Positions 13,476 to 26,400 of a stretch of DNA of 64,000 nucleotides are shown here, in pieces. The stretch is from assembly GCF_000150275.1 (NCBI RefSeq), contig NW_002060944.1:7182756-7246755 (forward strand). The letters run 5' to 3'. This DNA comes from Trichoplax adhaerens. Lineage: Eukaryota; Animalia; Placozoa. The first letter of the stretch is position 1; every line of letters starts with the position of its first letter. Made by a program: the position numbers and the translations under genes. The notes beneath the pieces were generated by a model. The model was not told the origin of the DNA. It saw nothing but the letters and a program-made list of their open reading frames with translations, and searched no databases.

Positions 13476-13690
13476 GTCCAGTCCGGTCCAGTCCAAGTAC
13501 ATCATGCGGAGGTCTCTAGTACAGTACTCGAATTTTACAGTACATAGTGTATTGCACTGTACTGTACATACGTACTGTACAGTACTGTACAGTACAGTAC
13601 GTACTGTACTGTGCGACCGCTAACTGGAGTGAATGTACTGTACGCGTCATGCTAGCACACACACGATCTGTATTCTTCCATACTGTACGT
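13476..13690. promoter_or_regulatory. Putative SRSF2 promoter region with dense CAGTA/TACTG and (A/G)GTCC pentamer runs
   Basis: GGTCCAGTCCGGTCCAGTCC followed by ACTGTACTGTAC...CAGTACTGTACAGTACAGTACGTACTGTACTG, 150-350 bp upstream of the ATG. The same pattern recurs at other gene 5' ends. Confidence 0.5.
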
Positions 13691-15570
13691 GGATCCATTC
13701 TCATGGCTGACGGTGGAGCCAATCCAAAATGCATTTTCGACTGGACATTGCAATCATGAACAAACAACGAGTTTGTTTTTCATTAACCTTTGCTGTGGCC
13801 ATACCATGGCGATACTATTGTACAATAGGACCGCAATCTATGATACAAAAATGAAGAAACGAACTTTTAGGTGTGATTGTGTCTCTTGGCTGAGGACCAC
13901 CGAATTGGAACAAGCTCTTTGTCTTTCTTTCCATTGCGGTCGAGACCTCATAGTGACACCATTTTTGCTTGTGACCGGTAGTCTATTTTTAGTCATCAGT
14001 CCCATTCATGGCATCAGTTGAACTACTGTACCCTGTACGCTATCGCAGGGGTATCTACTATAACAGGCCATCGTAGCGAAAGTGATGTCATTGATGCGTG
14101 TTTACGGTACGGACTGCTGTTGTCCAGTCTAAATGCGTGCAAAATGACATCTAAAACTGAATTGAGAGAAATAGAAGAACGCCTTTCCATTGAATATCGA
14201 TGGCAATCAAATTGTCCGTCTTGGCCATCTTGGGCCAAATAAATTAAACTCAAATCATGGTCATCCTGTAGTTGTTCCCCATTGGCCATTTTGACCAGTG
14301 TGGAGATGGCACGTGACCAGAATGCATCTCTTTTCTTTGCGGTTGCTGTGTTTTGATTTATTCATCATTCACTTTCAATTCCAAAAACTCACTATACAAC
14401 TGTCTGGTCAGGGACTGAGTTCATATTTTATAGAGATGACATATCGATGCTCATGGTAGTGCAGATATATCGTCTATAGTCGGTTACTTGCAGATGCTTT
14501 TTTTCACTTCTCTACTAGGACTAGGGGGGACAAGATGACAGATCGATGCAGTGCAGACCTGACGTCTATAGTAGACGTCAGGTCTAGTTGGAGGACAGTC
14601 GGGGACACTCAGGTCTAGACTATCGTTTGAGATAGACGCTTGAGTTGGATATGACCAGCAAAACAGTCCGTACCGCTTGCTGTCCGTCTGTTTCTTTGTG
14701 ATGCTTCCGCAGTATCTCATGACGATCTTGAAGCAGCAGCTGGTGGTCATGCTATCAGTATACTGTATGGTGGGGCAGTTGGCTAGTCAGTCAAATAAAG
14801 TATTTTCCCATTGTGATGAATTGATCAGCTCCAGGTCCAATCTTGACATCGATCCCTTCCCGTTCAGGCTGGCCTTCCATCGAAGATGATGATGATGAGA
14901 ATTGTTGGTGCCATGATGAATATGCATGGTACTATGGCGTAACTTATTGGGCTGGTAAATAGCTTGGAATCTAACTTGAAATACTGATTGTAGTATATAG
15001 GAGAACCTTTCTCATCGTGACGCCAATTTGAGCCTGCTTGCATAACAAGATAGACAGAACGGATACAGCAAGGTGAGGTAGCTATGACATCAACAAATAT
15101 CCTTTTAATCGTTTCTTGCTGACAATTTCAACTTGGAATGCAATAGAATTTTATAACATTACCACCATCAAACTATCATCAAGCTATCGTCGATTTTCCG
15201 TATAGCAAGTAGTTAATCTATTATAGTCTTTTAGGATAAAACAATCGGAAAACAAGGCTTATGGAGGGTGTTCATCCAGTACCAATATCTTATAATCAAT
15301 ACTGTTTATAGTAGTATTGAATTCAAGACAACATGTCTTATACTAGCTAGCGTCTAGCTAAAAATATTGCTAAGGAACAACGATTACAAAATACTGTTAA
15401 TATTGGCAAGCTTATTTCCTGAGTAGACAGTAGGTTCAATGATGATGAGGAAACGATCATCGGATTGTACTCAAAATCACCAATCGATTTTAGCAAATAA
15501 AATCAAAAATAGACTTGACCTATTGTTACTGTAGATCATGACTACATTGTCATTCATTCATACACGCTAA

Positions 15571-15896
15571 GTTATACATTTCATGAGTCCATTTTGAACT
15601 CCATTCAATTAATCTTCCAAGTAAAACTCCTAGGATATTGCATGGATATTCTACAGTTGTATTTCTGATTACATCATTAATGTTAACGTTATTGGCTTAT
15701 TCTACGATGTCCATATGATCTTATACATTTATACAGTTATACATTTCATGAGTCCATTTTGAACTCCATTCAATTAATCTTCCAAGTAAAACTCTTAGGA
15801 TATTGCATGGATATTCTACAGTTGTATTTCTGATTACATCATCAATGTTAATGTCATTAGCTTATTCGACGATGTCCATATGATCTTATAGATTTG
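15571..15896. repeat. 165-bp tandem duplication (2 copies) upstream of the GTPBP1 CDS
   Basis: GTTATACATTTCATGAGTCCATTTTGAACTCC...GATGTCCATATGATCTTATA at 15571 and 15736. Confidence 0.9.
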
Positions 15897-16306
15897 ACTT
15901 AATTAGTGGTGAAATGACAATGGACTGTACGGCAAAGTATGCGGTATAAAGATACATTCCTTTCCATGCCTTATTACATCGCTATATTAAGAAGTAAATT
16001 ACCTCTTTTATACCTTATCCGAGATTATTGTAACTTGCCTTTACAAGCATCTTTTGACGGATTCTACGCTGCACTGTCAGCAGTACCTTCGCTTTGTACG
16101 TTACTTTTGATTGTTTTTTTACGGAAAAGCGCGCTATTATTGATGATGCAATTCTGATTGATGTTGCGGTACATAGTTACTATACCAACACATATATACA
16201 GTAGATTCCAGGGAATAAATGTATCCGCCAAAGCTTAATTTTCCAATACGTCTTTCATGATTAAAGACAGTAAAATAATCTCCATTCTAACGTGTAAAAT
16301 AGATTG

Positions 16307-19300
16307 ATGGCGTCTGCACTAGCTCCAGAGACGGAAAGGAACAGATTGCCTGCAGATCATGACAGTAAAATCGAAGAGCCAATCGATGACGATACTCCTC
16401 CTTTACCAAACGAAACGGTTAATAACGACACATTGAAGGTAAGGAAATGAAACCTACAATATTCTTTAATTTGCTACTACTGTACGTGTATTACTTGATC
16501 AAGAAAAGGTTGATTTGTAGTCGAAATACGTACAGTATTGTAACAGTATTGGGCTGATCGCTGTAGATTAAGGATTGTCTATGATGATGAAACACTCTTT
16601 AAAATTATTTTGTTCTTTGTATCATATATTACTGTATATTTAAGACCCGGCAAAGCCATAGCTGCCTAATAATACAGTTTACAAATGGTTTGTAAAATGG
16701 TAATCGGAATAGTACGAGGTATACAAAGTGTCTCTGGAACTGTCGGATAACCTATAAATACTATAGAATTGACTTATACTGAGTTATGCGTAGAAAGCTG
16801 TGATTGAATCTCGTAACAACTATAATATTACCTTAAATAGTTGCAATATGGATCACCATTACAAGATGAATAGCATATTAAATTTTCTGTACTGTAAGTA
16901 GGAGGAAATAATATACGCATATACCTAGGTGCTTATGCTTACACTGTGGCAAAATAATACAGTAGCGAGTGGCAGTGCTAGTTACATGTTTCATTTATTA
17001 GCAATAAAAAAATGACTATTGCATGTACAACAGTATTCTCTAGAAGTTCAATGTTATCTACATAGTCGATACAAATCCTTCATTGATCAATTCTTCAACA
17101 CTCTTTTCTACGATATTGAAATAGTTAGGATGTGCTATCGGTCTAGCTTAACTCAGGTCTCTAAATTATGTGATGTAATAAAATTGGTAATGTTTTGAAT
17201 AAGCCTTTGATATTTTTATTCTGTCCATAATGATACCAACAAAGTAATAAGACCATTACTATGGAATAGAGTTCTGTAGGGTATCTTGTACCAATTAATT
17301 TTAGGCTGACGATAGCAAATTAAGTTGACATTGCCAACTGTGCTATGCCATTGAAGCGTTATAACTTCATGGAATGCTAATGGACTGCACTCGTATATAG
17401 ATAACTTCTAAAATTGATATCACTCTTATTATAGACGCAATTCGTATCACCTTCGGGGGAAATGTTTGATAAATTATGCGCAGAGTTGAAAGAGAGACTA
17501 GATAATGGTCGAGGGGAATGTATTTACCAATTGGGAGTATCTGGTAAGTCTAATGTGTGATATCTTATTTTCAACTTGTTTAATTTCTTCGTCTACAACA
17601 AGACGTCTGAAAGTAGAGTTTAAGGATACTTATCTTTCTTTGGTATCTTTAGATGATAGTGATCCCGGGTTATCTGATAATGACATGCTGGCATCGAAAG
17701 CTACTTTAAAAAGTTTAGCCGAGTTATGTGATGCAGACCTGCAGCTTTTACAAGAAAAGCATTCTACTGAGGGAACAGTTGCTAAATATTTGATTAGATA
17801 TCGAGCTAAAGAACGAGAATTTCTAGAAGTTAGGTAAGTCAGTAAAGGATACTTTAATCATAATAACTTAAAGATTGCAATAGAAACAGTTTTTTTAAGT
17901 TAAAAAAATCATTAACTTCATAACGGTAACCTATTGCCTTTCGATAATACAATGAACGCATACGTGAAGAGTTGCTGTGGTTGGTAATGTAGATGCAGGT
18001 AAAGGATCACCTATTGAAGTCTTGAATTATAATTTTCTATCGAATATATAATTAATTTAGGCTAGATGTAAACCGAAAATTCAATAAATTTAAATTTTTC
18101 CCTTGAAAAGGAAAATCGACCCTATTGGGCGTTTTAACTCATGGGGAGTTAGACAATGGCCGTGGCCTTGCAAGACAGAAGTTGTTTAGGCATAAGCATG
18201 AGGCTGAATCTGGACGCACTAGCAGTGTTGGTAACGATATTCTAGGATTTGATAGTCATGGAGAAGTTGTTAACAAACCCGATGCACGAGGTTTAGCATT
18301 AGATTGGCAACGAATTTGTTATGCTTCGTCAAAGGTTATAAGTTACAGCATATTTTTAATAATAGCTTTCGTCTAGTTATAAAAGTACACTTATTTTTAC
18401 ACTATCTATCTCTATTTGAGTTCTCATAATTAAAATTAAAATTTTACAGATAATAACATTTATCGACTTAGCTGGTCATGAAAAATATTTGAAAACAACA
18501 ATCTTTGGTATGACCGGTCACGCTCCTGATTTTTGTATGTTAATAGTCGGTGCTAATGCTGGTGTAATCGGAATGACGAAAGGTAGTCTTATTTTAATGT
18601 AGCGAATAAATGTCCACACTAACAAACGATAACTATTTCATTAACTAAATAATGAATACCAATGTGTTATCTTATGAATACTAGAGCATCTTGGCCTGGC
18701 CCTTGCTTTAAACGTTCCTGTTTATGTAGTTATTACTAAAACTGATATGTGCCCTCAAAATGTTCTTAGCGATACATTGAAATTATTAGCTAAGATATTA
18801 AAGTCACCCGGATGTAGAAAAATCCCTGTTTTTATCACCAAGGAAGAAGATATTACGGTCGCGGCGACCAATTTTGTATCTGAAAGGTAATATTGGTATA
18901 GTACATTTATTTTTCTATGCAATGGCAGGATACACTCGATAAAAATGATAGTTACGTTATATCATATTTTACCCATATAGGATATGTCCAATTTTTCAAG
19001 TATCAAATGTTACTGGAGCTAATTTAAATTTATTAAAGAAGTTTTTAAATTTATTACCGTCGCGGATGAGTCGCAAGGAAAATGAACCTCCGGAATTTCT
19101 TATTGATGAAACTTACTCTGTCCCGGTATAGCATTGTAACTAGTTAATAACTTTATTCTACAGAACTATCTCTAATATCTTTATACCATAGGGTGTTGGA
19201 ACGGTAATTTCTGGGACGGTAATGCAAGGAATTATCCGCGTAAATGATTCATTATTGTTAGGACCAGATTCTCTTGGTCAATTTCAACCGGTAGTTATCA

Positions 19301-19987
19301 AAGGTATTCATAGGAAGAGGATGGCAGTAGAGTACGTTGAAGGAGGACAAACTTGTTCTTTTGCACTGAAAAAGGTTATTACATTGTTATCTGTTCTATT
19401 GCCTTGTTGAAATCATGTTGTTTTAAATTCTACATTGACTGTGCATCTTACGCAGGTCAAAAGATCAACTATTCGTAAGGGAATGATACTTGCATCTCGT
19501 GATTTAAAACCAGAAGCATGTAGCGAATTTGAAGCCGATATTTTAGTGTTGCACCATCCTACCACTATTAAAATCCACTATCAAGCTGTCGGTATGTAAA
19601 TTTCATTTAAATTTGTATTCATTCTTGTCATTAGTTTTTATATTTATGATTGTAATTTAATATTGTTGTACGGATCGTAAGTTGTTGGTGATTTAAAATA
19701 TTAAAGTTGTAACAACTATAATTTGTAATATTGTAGTACATAGTGGAAGTATGAGGCAGACTGCAAGCATTGTCGAAATGAATAAGGAACACATACGTAC
19801 AGGCGACCGTGCCTTAATTAAATTCCGTTTTCAGAAAACACCCGAATATCTTAAATCGAATACTAAGCTTATCTTCAGGGAAGGACGGACTAAAGCTATT
19901 GGTACTATAACTAAGACTTTTCCGATAAAACAAGCTACTGTCCAATCGAAGCAAGCACAATCAAAAAGCACCAATCGACAATCGTGA
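16307..19987 (+). CDS. GTPBP1: GTP-binding protein 1 (translational GTPase, GP-1 family)
   Basis: [106 protein letters not shown] and [11 protein letters not shown]. First coding exon 16307-16438; stop TGA at 19985-19987. Confidence 0.95.
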
Positions 19988-20798
19988 CCTGTAGCTATTT
20001 TATCATTGAGCCTTCGAATTAACTGTTACATAATTTCACAGACACAAGAAATACTACTATTTTAGCAAATGAAAAGTTAATTCAAGATAGTACTCAAGAT
20101 GGCTGTTTATATGAAGATGATAGTATTTTAATGTTTGCATTGAATTGAAATCAAGCTTTAATTAAAGCGTAAAGTCTACTTGATTCTGCTATCCATCAAT
20201 AAGTATTAATTTTTCAAGATCGAAGTTTATTACAGTCAATTAAGATCAAGTCTTAGTGTATGCGTATATCTATGTTGTTGTATCTATTTTTTTATCTACA
20301 TATGTGTTTATATACTTGCCGTACATATGCACTTATATTGTTAATATGTATTATAATGTATTTTGCACGATCGAGGATTATTCGCTACTTACTGCTTAAT
20401 AGAAGTACGATACAACGATACATTATATCACTATATTCATTCTTAGTACTGCACCAGCAATAATAACCTCGATTTTGAATCACGATGCAAACTCTAAGCA
20501 AATGAATTTGGTATTTTCATTTATTAGTAGTAAAACTTATTATTATATTCTAAATTGATATTATTTAGATGCACTATTTCGCGAGTAGTTTATTGATGTA
20601 CTATTATACAATTTTTAGTTATATTCTTCTTAGTTAATAGGATTATCAACAGATGAAGAAAATGACTGTATGCAATTGACATAATCGTTGACAAGATGAA
20701 AAGAGTTGCATTAAATTGAAATAATTGTGTTATTGTAGCCATTCATTTTTCGAAAGATTATTGCGATTTAAACATCTCTAAGGGGTTGATCATTTTAG

Positions 20799-23700
20799 TT
20801 ATATAGATATGTAACCCTGTCTGGCCATTTTACTTGTGCTCCATTCCACCAAGAAGAAACATAAAGTTCCAAAGAAAAGACTGATCACCTACGTAAACAT
20901 ATATTTTACACCCAATGACACGATTAGTGAAAGTTTAATGCAAAATACGACATAAGTATTTTAGCACGTATAGCAGTAAAATAATAGAATTCGTTATTTG
21001 TACTTACCAAGACCAATAATTGCCATTGCAGCATTACATGCCCACTGTAAAAGAACGCAATAGCCGCAAATAATGACTGCACAAATTTAAATAATGCAAA
21101 AGCTGGTGCACTATCTTCAGTGTACATAAATCCAAGGATAGAATAGATCTACGTAGGAAATGATGTAAAATTGATTCATAAAAAGTGATATTCTGGAGGG
21201 TCAAGTGGAATAATGCAGTACGATAAAAATGCTACTTTATCATTGGATAAAGCACTTTTACCTGTGTGTTAAAACTACTATCGCCCAATCCTAGTAAGAA
21301 GGAGCAAGCTACAGCCAAGGTAGCACTAAGTATAAAGTTTTATAAAACAAAATTTGACTCAATTTAACACAAATTAACGGTGCACATTGAAAACGTACAA
21401 CAAATATCATTTTCTTCAAAAAATACATTTACTGTGTGGATTACTACCTTGGCTCGATTAAGTAACCATGAGTTTCAGAAGCAGATATCGGTGCTATACT
21501 AGGTATGTTCATAAAAATTAGGAAAAAGGCTGCAGCATGGCTTATAAAACCGACAAGGATGACGGGATCTCTTCCATGTCGAAGTATTTTTTTACCAAAT
21601 ATTCCAAAGAAGGCACCGCCTTGATAATACGAAGCAGCTTTATTAGATGCTAAACTAAGGGACATTTTGCATAACTTTAGTGAGGAAATTTGATTTACTA
21701 ACCAATGATCTCGCCAATGCCTAAAAATATTCCTGCTAAACCAATATATCTATCTGGATCGTGAATTAGCCGCGCGTTACCTAAGGATATCATAAAACTG
21801 CATCATAAATAAGCGCTTTTAAAAGATTATTAATAAACTATTACGAATATCTACAGTCAAGATAGCTACTGGATAATAATATTTTCTCATACATTTCTGA
21901 TGGATAGTTTTTGAACCTACTTACCAATGCAAGTTGGATATACTCCGCTGAAGAACGTTAATTCTAATCCTATTGGTAACAAAGATCACACAATCGGATG
22001 ATTACTTAATTAAAATTGATAAAATAAAGACTCAAGAGGGTGACTGTATGGTACTTTACCTGTATACGCGAATACAGCACTAAGCAGTAACATTTCCTTA
22101 GTCGTAAGCAAGTGAATAGATCGCACTAAAATCAAACATAATTATGGAATTACAGTTCATCAATATCAATATTATTGCACTGTACATGAATTTATCGATC
22201 TTACTAAAAGCTTGCCATGGTCCTTCTTCTGATGCATTCTTTGAGCTTTAAGAAATAGTTTTAATATTCAATTAATTTTGATGCAGTTATAAAAATACAT
22301 TTCCGTGTAATTAAGCGTTAAAGCAAATTAATTTAAATTTTTACCCAATATTCATTGGTAGTTCTTCTTCTTCCTATGTCCATATAAAACATTAATCTTA
22401 CTTTATGATATGCAAATTATCATGTACCTTTAAATAACTATCACATTGATCAACGGTAGTTTGTAAAGGGTAGCAGGCATTATTTACCGATACTTTTGGT
22501 TTCCGCAAAGTTAGTAAACCTAATGTTCCGATAACGCATACCACGGTAAGAACTGAATAGATGATATATCTGTATTCATCAGCTATAAAACAATCAAAGA
22601 TTTAAAGTTAAAACAAGAATTAAAAATTCTATAATAACGGATATTATAACTGGAGGAAAAGGTGACCTGTATGAACGTGTACGAGTACACGTGTGCTTAG
22701 CAGCAAATAACGATACTCACATATAATGCTGACTCCTTCCAATTGCAAAAAAACGTATAAATTACCAAATAGTAAGCTACAAGACATAACAATTGGATTT
22801 AATATTAATTTTGAATATATCCGTTACAAAAAATGGAGAAAATAAAATACTATAATAGAAACATAGCAAACGTGTTATAAAAGATTTATTGAGGTTTGTA
22901 CCTAAATTGTAGTAAAGCCCAAAATATGCCACTGTTACGAGCGATCGTATCAGGATCAGAATTAATGGTTAAAAAGTTACCCTGGGCCGTCCATAAAACT
23001 AACAAAAATTAAGAACGAATCAATCAAACAGTTGTCGATTAGATGTAATAACCTCATAAGCTACAACATACTTCCTGCCCCCACTCCTACTAAAGCTGAT
23101 GCAATGTACAGAGTTGCTGCCAAAGGTTGTATCAATGATGCGATAAATAAGCTGAAATATCCATAAATATTATAATGTTAGATGAATTAGTTAGTGTTAC
23201 AAATATTCTGATTAGCTAAGCGTAACATGATGATCTGGACAATGTATAAATGGTATAATAGCAGTCAATTTTTAACATTTGCCTACCAGTAAGGAATAGC
23301 TCCAGCTAACATGGAATATTTTGGACCAATAACACTAACTACTGATGGTCCCAGCCAATTTGAAGCAGCAAAAACACTATAAATTATAGCCAAGCTATGA
23401 AATAATTAAGAATGGAAACGGTCAATATTTAAATTAAAATCGGAAATCACTTGTATTAGCTAATTAATTCTTTTGGCCCTTTTCTTAAATTATATTTTAA
23501 TTACCTTACCTATAGGCATTTTAATACTACAGTATACTGTACAGTGCTCGTATTCTGGTACTATAAATGACAACATTGTTTATGTAGCTAATGTAAATTA
23601 ATCGTACCTATTATAGCCGCTCGCTATCGAGAGAGGAGTATTGATAATGAATCATAGCAAGAAAATTGTTTGTTTAGGAAGAAAAATATCAGATTAGAAT

Positions 23701-25870
23701 AATTCCTGTACGTAATTTATATTTAAATGAACTAAATTTCGTTCAAGGCTATCCTTCTATAAATGGATAACAAACCTGTGAAAGTGGTATTATGCATTTT
23801 CGCCTCTTGTTCCGCACTTTTCAACACACGTTGCTACAAACGAATGAAGAAACATTAGAGGTACAGTTCGTACGCTTTGTAACTTTTAACTTGATGAAAA
23901 TGTACATGTGCAAATAATGTTGTTAGTATGTTTCAGCTCTTTTTCAGATTAACCTTTTAACTGAATCATTTTATGGATTGTAGCATAAGTTCCAATCACA
24001 AAATCAAAATCATGGTACGAGCGTATACTGTATCTCAACATGGTAAGGATATCATAAGTAATTCTACTTTGTTCTTCTCTTTTTACAACTGGCTACAGAA
24101 TCACTTCCGAGTTAAACAATACCAAGATGACTAGGCTATTACGCCAATTTCAATAGTGTAGTAAATTGAATATTTACTGCATGAGCAGTTTCTACCACCC
24201 ACGATAAGAATAACAACAATATTGTAGTTGTGTACAAGTGCATAAAGCTACGTGGAGAATCCGTCATTACATCGATACCTCCCTACTTGCAATTGGCAAG
24301 GATAGTGTACTTATGAGGCTAGCGATCAATTAGTGTAGGATGATCAATTCGATATTTACCGCTGAGGTACAATTTTTTTAGCCATCAAAGGTAACTAATC
24401 TACTTGTTGTATAAAGTCCAACCCTGATGATCAATATTGATGATACGAAAACAAGATGGATAGCTGTATTAATTAATTAACAGCAGCATTTAGTTTTATC
24501 AGGTCCAGTTGAATATGGATACTATACTGATGTGATTTGTTCCAATTGCTTTCAACATTTGAAAGACTTGAACTACAGCTGGACATGGAAGGAATTTTAA
24601 GCAATGTATACCATAGATGCATTAGTATACTATAGTACTGTACAGTACTACTCTTGAGGGCACGATTCTGACTATTATGGATTGTATTGTTGCCAGTTAA
24701 AAATACTCCATGGTATAGAATCATTTTATGTATGAAGAAGTCATTGAAAACTAATTTTACCAGATAGTAATGCTACAGTATAAATGGTCAATAGGCAAAT
24801 TGGTCAATTTATCTGCCATTAGTCCGCAGATATAGCGTTTACGGATTAGCAAACTGGTATTTTCATAGTGACAACGGTAAGGTAAACACGTAAGTCATTG
24901 TATCCTTTTGGATGGATTATTCTTAGCCTCTTCATTATTGTAAAAGTCATTTACTATCATCATAACGATCAGTGGATCCTATTCTTGAAAAAGACTCCAT
25001 CAAAGTGACCATATTACTCATCACTTGATCAAGAGGTGTTGTATTTACTCCTTTGGTAGAGCTGACAATCATCTAGAACAAATCATATCACTACTAGGTC
25101 TGGGATTGACCCTTTGATTGAGGCAAGGCAATTGGAAGTGGTATTGTTCGATCATCCTGGGAAAGAAATTAATCATCGATATTATAAGACTAAATTGAAA
25201 CCTAAGTTGTATTAAGGTGAATTGAGGCGAATTATCTAGTACCAATCTGTACAATGTCATTGCTAGGACTTTATCTTTGATGAAGGAAACGGTGATAGAC
25301 GATCTTCCTAGTGTGGAAATTGGATTACGACTGGTGTAAAAGCTTTCGAGTTAGCGATCGTGATAGGATGGAAATTTCATTGATATTGCAAGACTACGTC
25401 GAAGAATATGCTTCAAATGATAATAAGTTAATCATGGAATAGAAATTGTATAACTACAAGAGTGAATCCATGGATGAAAGGCGAAGACAATGGCATTTGG
25501 TTGTACGATGAAAAATCTTGCGGATACAAGGCATGAGTAGGCATGACAAACCTCATTGAAAAAGAAGCCTAGACTAGCGCTAAGATAAAAATCATCTCAT
25601 GCAGTTCTACACCCTTATCACCGTCCATAGTTGAATTGAGTGAATAGAGGCACAATAAGAGTCATAGGAGGAAGAAAATAGAGCCATAGATAGGCCGATA
25701 GTACGCTTTGATTTTGTTAACAACGACTATCCATCTACCGTCAACAAGATGATGAAGAAAGCAACAATCATCGCTCGACCTACCTCAATTTCCGAGCAAG
25801 TTTGAAAAGCGGTGAAAATAAACATAAAAGCGAATCCCATCAAGATGACATTGAGTAACTTAATCTCCAT
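20799..25870 (-). CDS. MFSD11: UNC93-like MFS transporter MFSD11
   Basis: Exon 25870-25784 MEIKLLNVILMGFAFMFIFTAFQTCSEIE, then SGYNSLAIIYSVFAASNW, LWTAQGNFLTINSDPDTIARNSGIFWALLQ, GLELTFFSGVYPTCIG, GRDPVILVG, LGLGDSSFNTQ, SAPAFALFKFVQS and the C-terminus FFLVEW...GYISI*. Confidence 0.93.
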
Positions 25871-26029
25871 TTTGCCCTATAAAATGATTCCAAGTCACGA
25901 TCGATTGCAATAACAACAAATTGATTTTCAATATTAGTGGAAGCAATTTCAAGCAGTCGTTTCCTTTTCTTCTTTCTCAGCCCTGGAGTAATATTATTCG
26001 ACCTGACCTGGTTGTGATGTAAACGAGGC

Positions 26030-26400
26030 GTCGTCACTGACGTAATCGGTCTAGTGACAAAGGCAGTAGACCGTACCGATCCCAATCCGGTCCGTTCCGT
26101 TTTCGGTGACGTCATGGTCCGTTTCGATCACTTTTCACTCTGGCATTGACCACGCGGGTGAGGTGTTCCTTTGTTCTACAGTACTCAAGATTCTCTCTGA
26201 GTACAGTACATTGTACTCCAGACTACAGTACTACAGCATACTGTACATTGTGCACCAATACCGTGTTGAAAGTGGCTTATTGCGCAATAACAGTCTCGTG
26301 ATCGCTGGCTGACCGAAACCAATGGAGTAGTGGTACAGTACTGTACAGTAAACATACGCATACAGTACAGTACAGTATAGTACTGTACCAGTAAATTGAG
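26030..26400. promoter_or_regulatory. Putative MFSD11 promoter: CRE-like TGACGTCA, CCGT(A/T)/CCGGT pentamers and a CAGTA cluster
   Basis: TGACGTCA at ~26107 and TGACGTAA at ~26038; GACCGTACCGATCCCAATCCGGTCCGTTCCG at ~26069; repeated TACAG/TACTG at 26178-26390. Confidence 0.45.

Noticed and set aside
13689-14480. Possible small gene between SRSF2 and GTPBP1 (for example METTL23, the human neighbour)
   Set aside because: I found no methyltransferase or other recognisable motif in the frames examined and no convincing exon chain.
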